NCBI RefSeq assembly: GCF_006345805.1
Contig: NW_021827550.1
Span: 1-28,353 of the forward strand
Direction: 5' to 3'
Source of the DNA: Octopus sinensis
Taxonomy: Eukaryota
Length of the DNA: 28,353 nt
Of the stretch, positions 22,931 through 28,353 are shown in pieces. The number at the start of each line of letters is the position of its first letter. Positions within the stretch are counted from its first letter, which is position 1. The position numbers and the translations under genes are program-made. The notes beneath the pieces were generated by a model that was not told the DNA's origin, ran no database searches, and saw nothing but the letters and a program-made list of their open reading frames with translations.

Positions 22931-23964
22931 ATGGAAGACAAAGACTAGTTCGTTGCATATTTGGTATTGCATGCTTTAAGAATTTCCTAAGGATAACAAT
23001 GCAACGCATGCCAGGAAAAATATATGTTCTGTATATAACCTGACGGTGTGAGTTTTCAGAAATGCCAAAGGTGGTTTAATAAATTTAAAAGAGTAAAAAC
23101 AATGATTTTGATCTTTTGGATGAATATCGATCAAGGAGATCAACTGTTCTCAATAATGACACATAGAACGCAACAATTGAAGAGGATCCACATCAAAGCA
23201 TCGGGGAATTATTCCACAGGTTTAATAAGCCTTGGTCTGCTGTGCAAGATCATCTTAAGCAAATTTGAAAAAGTTTTTAGAGAACGGAAGTGGGTACCTC
23301 AGGAGCTGTCCCCTGAGAATGTAGCAGTGTGTTCAAAAATTTGCAACAATTTTCTGATCAGGAATGAACAAACACCTTCTATTAATTAAATTGTAACACG
23401 CGATGAGAAATGGATAGCTAACCCATACCGATAATAAACTTAAGAAGCAGTGACCATCACCAAAGGAAAATCCATTTTAACATCCGAACCAAATCTTCCC
23501 CCAGAGAAGATTTTGCTGTGCGTTTGGTGGAGTACAGCAGAGGTTGTTCACTTTAAATTATTGGAACAAAGAGAAAGTATCATTGCAGAACTTCGCTGTC
23601 AACATCTTGGACGGGTCAATGGAGTTTTGCTCAAAAGGCCATCGTCTCTTGCTCAACAGAAAAATGATAATGCAAGGCCACATTTAGCGAAGATATAACC
23701 TAGGAAAAGATAAATTCTCTTGGTTGGGGAACTCTATCTCACCCTTCCTATTCACCAGACCTAACTCCATCAGATTTTCACCTAATTGAGTCACTTGAAT
23801 TCTTTACCATTGGAAAAACTTTCGGAAGCAAGAACGATGTTGAAACGGCATTTAAAACATTTTTCTTTTCTAAACAACAAGAATTTTTTTTTTCTTTTTT
23901 TTTTCACCTATGGAAACAGGAAAATGGTTTTGGAAACGGTGGCGATTATATTTTGACTGGATAA
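22931..23964 (+). pseudogene. Mariner (Mos1-like, DDD) transposase pseudogene
   Basis: Motifs CQRWFNKFK, KWVPQELS, IVTRDEKWI, LLCVWWS, DNARPH, HPSYSPDLTPSDFHL and terminal GDY, with stops and frameshifts. Confidence 0.93.
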
Positions 23965-24065
23965 ATGTATTTTCGATATGTTTTATATTGATTCAACATT
24001 ATTTTTCGGTGCCGCAAATATTATGGGGCCTTTGTCTTCCTATATTAAATTTTCTGGATACTTAC

Positions 24066-24144
24066 CTCTTTCTATAATACCCTCTAAGTGACGTGGAAAT
24101 TCGGATGTAACCTGGATGTCAGCACATCCTGATATCAATGTTAT
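24066..24144 (-). other. Candidate 79-bp host exon
   Basis: tttctgtaatattcag| ... GAG|gtaagt. Frame 0 is open: ITLISGCADIQVTSEFPRHLEGIIER. Confidence 0.25.
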
Positions 24145-24504
24145 CTGAATATTACAGAAACCTGATCGTTTCTAGAACTTTTCAAACCACCCTCATCAGT
24201 TGGCAAATTAACGATCGTCTGCTGATGATGTTTAACAAATAAAGTAACCATTAAACTATGGCCAACTTCGGAAAACCAAGAAAGAAGACGAAATTTACAA
24301 AGGGCGAGAGTTTAAGACTGGAGTGAGAGGGTCGTTTGAGTGAGCGCGCTTACGTGAGAGTGTATTGGAGAAAGTTTCAGAGTAAGATTTTCAGAGGATG
24401 ACAATTCAGTTTGGAGATGAGAGAGAGAAAGATTCAAGGGAGAGAAGGGAGAAAGGGAGAGAAAAGAGGAGAAAAGGAAGAGGGAGAAATAAAGAAGGAT
24501 ATAT

Positions 24505-24545
<41 letters not shown>

Positions 24546-24681
24546 GTTTTGACGTAGAATATTTTTTGGACAGAAAGAGTGAATATTTCAGAGAAGGAAA
24601 GATTAAGAGCGCGAGATGGAGGCAGAATAAGCGGGAAAAGAAAGAAACGCCAGAAGAAAGATAGGAAGGAAAGAGAAAAAA

Positions 24682-24796
24682 GAGAGATAGAGAGAGAGAT
24701 AGAGAGACAGACAGACAGACAGACAGACAGGCAGACAGGCAGGCAAACAGACAGGCAGGCAGGCAGGCAGGCAGGCAGACAGACAGATAGACAGAC

Positions 24797-24855
<59 letters not shown>

Positions 24856-24872
24856 CAGACAGATAGATAGAC

Positions 24873-24967
<95 letters not shown>

Positions 24968-24984
24968 CAGACAGATAGATAAAC

Positions 24985-25066
<82 letters not shown>
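24682..25066. repeat. Compound GA/GACA/GGCA/GATA microsatellite
   Basis: Seen directly. It produces the 265-aa and 359-aa spurious ORFs. Confidence 0.95.
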
Positions 25067-25067
<1 letters not shown>

Positions 25068-25137
25068 ATGAAATAGTGATAGAAAGAAATGAAATAAGAG
25101 GAAGAGAAAGAATGAGAGAAGCAATAATATAAAGGGA

Positions 25138-25169
<32 letters not shown>

Positions 25170-25671
25170 GTAAGAGTGAGAGAGAGAGAGAAAGATAAGC
25201 CATATGTAGATTTTCCCAGAGTCGATTGATTTAGCGATTTGTTGGCACTTAACTGTGATGTGAGGTTAAAGAAGCAGCAGGCTAGGTGCTTCAGTATTGG
25301 AGAGAAGACGGGGAACAGGATGAATGCCACATCATTACATATACACACACACATACACATACACACACAGCAAACATTTATATACAGGTGATAATGATAG
25401 GTGGGTGGGTGTCTGTGCACGCGAGCGTGCGTGTGTTTGTGTGTGCACACATAGACATGTCTGCACAGAAAAGTTAGGAAACGGACATAGGACATCACAA
25501 ACAGAAACACCAAATCCTACACACACACACACACACACACGCACACACGCACACACACATGAACACACACTTGATGTCACAAACGTATTCGTTTTGCTTC
25601 CACTCTTTCACTTGTTTTAGTAGTGAATAGTCATGATGGGGTATCGTCCTGATATGCGCGAGTGTGTGCGT

Positions 25672-25739
<68 letters not shown>

Positions 25740-25842
25740 TCAATTTTATTTCAAGATTTCTTGCCAATGGAGAAAGAGCTGCTTTCTAATCCAGATCCAA
25801 GACTCCTTCATTGGAATTTCAGCAACAACGGCAGGGTGTCTG

Positions 25843-25874
<32 letters not shown>

Positions 25875-25895
25875 TGTATGTATGTATGTATGTGC

Positions 25896-25927
<32 letters not shown>

Positions 25928-26179
25928 ATGTATGTATGTATGTATGTATGCATGTATGTATGTATGTATGCATGTATAATTTTGTTTGCATCATCTTCTT
26001 GTTCTGAGTTTCGCCTGCTGCTCTGAGTTTCGTCTGAAGCGGCTGAGCAACCACTGGCGAAACGCAGAGTAGCAAAAGACTAACTTGACTAAAACAAAAT
26101 ATTAATAATCGCTGCTAATTGTGCCTTGTAGTCTTTGTTCCAACAGTCAACACTAAGCGTTTGTATGCCAATAGGGTGT

Positions 26180-26680
26180 GAGGAACGTAAGATAACACAC
26201 CCTTTTGAATTAATTGTTTCACATGAAGACAATTTAGATGCAACCCATGTTAGGAAAGCGGAGCGTTATGAGACACTACTGGAAGATTGTGCATACGCTG
26301 GTTGGAGTGCAATACACTTTCCTGTAGGAGTTGGACGTAAGGGGTTTTATTAGGACTAGACTGAAGTGGCGGCTGCTATCAATTGGTGTCCAATATCGTC
26401 AAACAAAAGCCGTCTTGGAGGAGATCCAGGCGACGCTTGAGTGGGCTAGCCATTGGATATTGCTGGAAAGGAATGAAAAACCTGACTGGAGAGGTTATGA
26501 TCCCAAAATGGAGATGTGGTCGAATACTATTCACTCGAAACAGTGAGTGGTGCCTCACATCAATGAAGGTTGGGGTCGGTATGCTGTAAAAGCTGTTGAG
26601 AGGAAGGCCCCGAAACGGTGCATATTCTCTGCTGATAAACCCTGAAACTTACTGGCATCAAGTACTTGGCGTTTTCGACT
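26180..26680 (+). pseudogene. 3' end of a HERO/NeSL-like RLE non-LTR retrotransposon
   Basis: FELIVSHEDNLDATHVRKAERYETLLEDC..AGW.A.HFPVGVGRKGF / ..LEWASHWILLER resembles ELTVPWE...ERK..KY...PVEVGCRGF...ASRWLWLKR. Frameshifted. Confidence 0.8.
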
Positions 26681-26867
26681 AAATGCACCCACACTAGTAA
26701 GCTGTTTCCAGATAGATGTGTTAATACATACGCATATATTATCAGTATTCATTATATATATATATATATATATAAAATATTATTTGAGACAAAACCACTA
26801 TTTTGCAAAACAAACAAGGAAAGACTTAATCAATACATAAAATTTAATAAATAGTCAAAAAAAACCG

Positions 26868-26910
26868 CCACTACAATCGTTTCTTGTCTTGATCGACAAT
26901 CTTCAGGTGG
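26868..26910 (-). ncRNA. Type I hammerhead ribozyme (left arm)
   Basis: Minus strand: ccac CTGAAGA ttgtc-gatcaa-gacaa GAAAC gatt GTA gtgg. Confidence 0.8.
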
Positions 26911-26970
26911 ACTTCCAATAATTCAGTTACAAATTATGAAGTCATAATTTGTAACTGAATTATTGGAAGT

Positions 26971-27014
26971 CCACCTGAAGATTGTCGATTCAAGACAAGA
27001 AACGATTGTAGTGG
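26971..27014 (+). ncRNA. Type I hammerhead ribozyme (right arm)
   Basis: ccac CTGAAGA ttgtc-gattcaa-gacaa GAAAC gatt GTA gtgg. All three stems pair; predicted cleavage after 27010. Confidence 0.82.
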
Positions 27015-27210
27015 CGGTTTTTTTTGACTATTTATTAAATTTTATGTATTGATTAAGTCTTTCCTTGTTTGTTTTGCAAAATAGTGGTTTGTCTCAAATA
27101 ATATTTTATAATATTTTACTATAAAATTGGATTCTAATCCTAAATCTGATTTTTTTTCCCTGTAAATTTGGATATATCCCTAATATTTATTATTATATAT
27201 ATATATATAT

Positions 27211-27251
<41 letters not shown>

Positions 27252-27257
<6 letters not shown>

Positions 27258-27460
27258 ATCCAAACAATGAAACACAAAGAGAAACACAACGCGAGGACGT
27301 GGAACAAGTATAGTGTTATTGGACTCTCAGGAAAGGAAAGAAAGAAGGAGGATTTAACGTTTCGAGAGGAGCTCTTCGTCAGAAACATAGGAAAAGGAAA
27401 TTTCCAAGGAAGGGAACACAGAGGGAAAAAAATCGCCAACGATACACACGCAGTCACATA
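27252..27460 (-). mobile_element. Family C element (~210 bp) with minimal hammerhead at 27352-27386
   Basis: Minus strand: gttt CTGACGA a gag-ctcct-ctc GAAAC GT T aaat. Flanked by TA repeats. Confidence 0.8.
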
Positions 27461-27662
27461 TATAGTTATGGTTTATTCTGCTAAGAATGTAGGAGAGCGC
27501 AGTATAAAGCTTGTCCGCCTTCAGATTTCACCCTATACAATTCGGTAGTAGTTGTATTATACGTACTTACAGGTTTGCGTTTGGGCTTCTGTCGTGTGTG
27601 AATAGATTATTGAAAAAAATTGGAGTCAACAAGAAGGGATATGGATGGACATTTATTTTTTA

Positions 27663-27765
27663 ATCACTACAATTGTTTCCACGCAGTGTGGTTCTCCGGA
27701 CATGCAAGTACTCGATTATGCAACCGTTTCCCCGCATTATGAGGTCTAGTTGTTTTCTCAGGCGA
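27663..27765 (-). ncRNA. Degenerate hammerhead with long insert in domain II
   Basis: Minus strand: atcgc CTGAGAA [~74 nt] GAAAC aatt GTA gtgat. Confidence 0.45.
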
Positions 27766-27837
27766 TATATCGCCAGAGGAAACACACACACACATATATG
27801 TGTATATATATAAATATACATATACATATGTATATAC

Positions 27838-28010
27838 ATTTTTTCTATTTTCTACTTTCTCTTCCTGTTTATTTCTTTGTTCCTTTCTGTCAAAGAGCGT
27901 AGGCTTGAAACGTAAAAGACTTTCTCACTTCCCGAGCATTAAACTAATGCACCAGTTTCTTGTTTAAACACCCGTATTCGTGTATTTTTTTTTTTTTGTA
28001 AATTCTTACT
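27838..28010 (+). mobile_element. Family D element with hammerhead-like motif at 27883-27918
   Basis: cttt CTGTCAA a gagc-gtag-gctt GAAAC GT A aaag. Homologous to 8410-8612. Confidence 0.75.
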
Positions 28011-28147
28011 ACGTATACATACATACATACATACATACACACATACACATATATATATATACATATATAAAATATTATATATATATATATATATATATAT
28101 GTGTATATGATTATATATATTATACATATATAATATATATAATATAT

Positions 28148-28197
<50 letters not shown>

Positions 28198-28353
28198 TAT
28201 ATAAGTAAAATGCAGGGATAAGCATGTTAGACAGATCAATATATAAGGTATATAAAATACATGAAATACAAAAAAATGTATATATGTTTACATAAAAAAG
28301 GGTTCGATACAAATGATATAGAGATTAAAGGGGTTTAAGGGAAGGTATTACAA

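Larger units (their letters stand above)
22556..24020 (+). mobile_element. Decayed mariner transposon
   Basis: Degenerate TIRs (GTACCGAAAAGTAATG / CATTATTTTTCGGTGC) flank a transposase pseudogene. Confidence 0.7.
26771..27110. repeat. Near-perfect palindrome, ~169-bp arms, 2-nt spacer
   Basis: Centre AAATTATGA-AG-TCATAATTT (spacer 26940-26941). Arms differ only by 1-nt indels. Confidence 0.96.

Noticed and set aside
24406-25513. Longest ORFs (265 and 359 aa)
   Set aside because: Translations of stop-free (TATC)n/(TC)n microsatellites.
26605-26645. GAAAC..GCA..CTGATAA in the RLE LINE 3' UTR (type II hammerhead order)
   Set aside because: Core mismatches and no convincing stems.

Overview
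AT-rich, microsatellite-dense eukaryotic non-coding DNA. The SINE families present look like those of an octopus/cephalopod genome (recognised from memory, not database-checked). No intact protein-coding gene is supported, and most long ORFs in the track are microsatellite translations. The window is a mosaic of three tRNA-derived SINE families, MITEs and decayed transposable elements: mariner, Tigger/pogo, a Tx1/L1-like RT, R4/Dong-like and HERO/NeSL-like RLE LINE ends, and a Penelope GIY-YIG endonuclease. The most notable signal is a set of eight type I hammerhead ribozyme motifs carried by short elements that sit in (TA)n arrays. One near-perfect 340-bp palindrome has a hammerhead on each strand, one family has a non-canonical CUGU core, and several asymmetric fold-back palindromes share the same design. 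Together these suggest a Penelope-mobilised, retrozyme-like system. A few weak candidate host exons are also noted.
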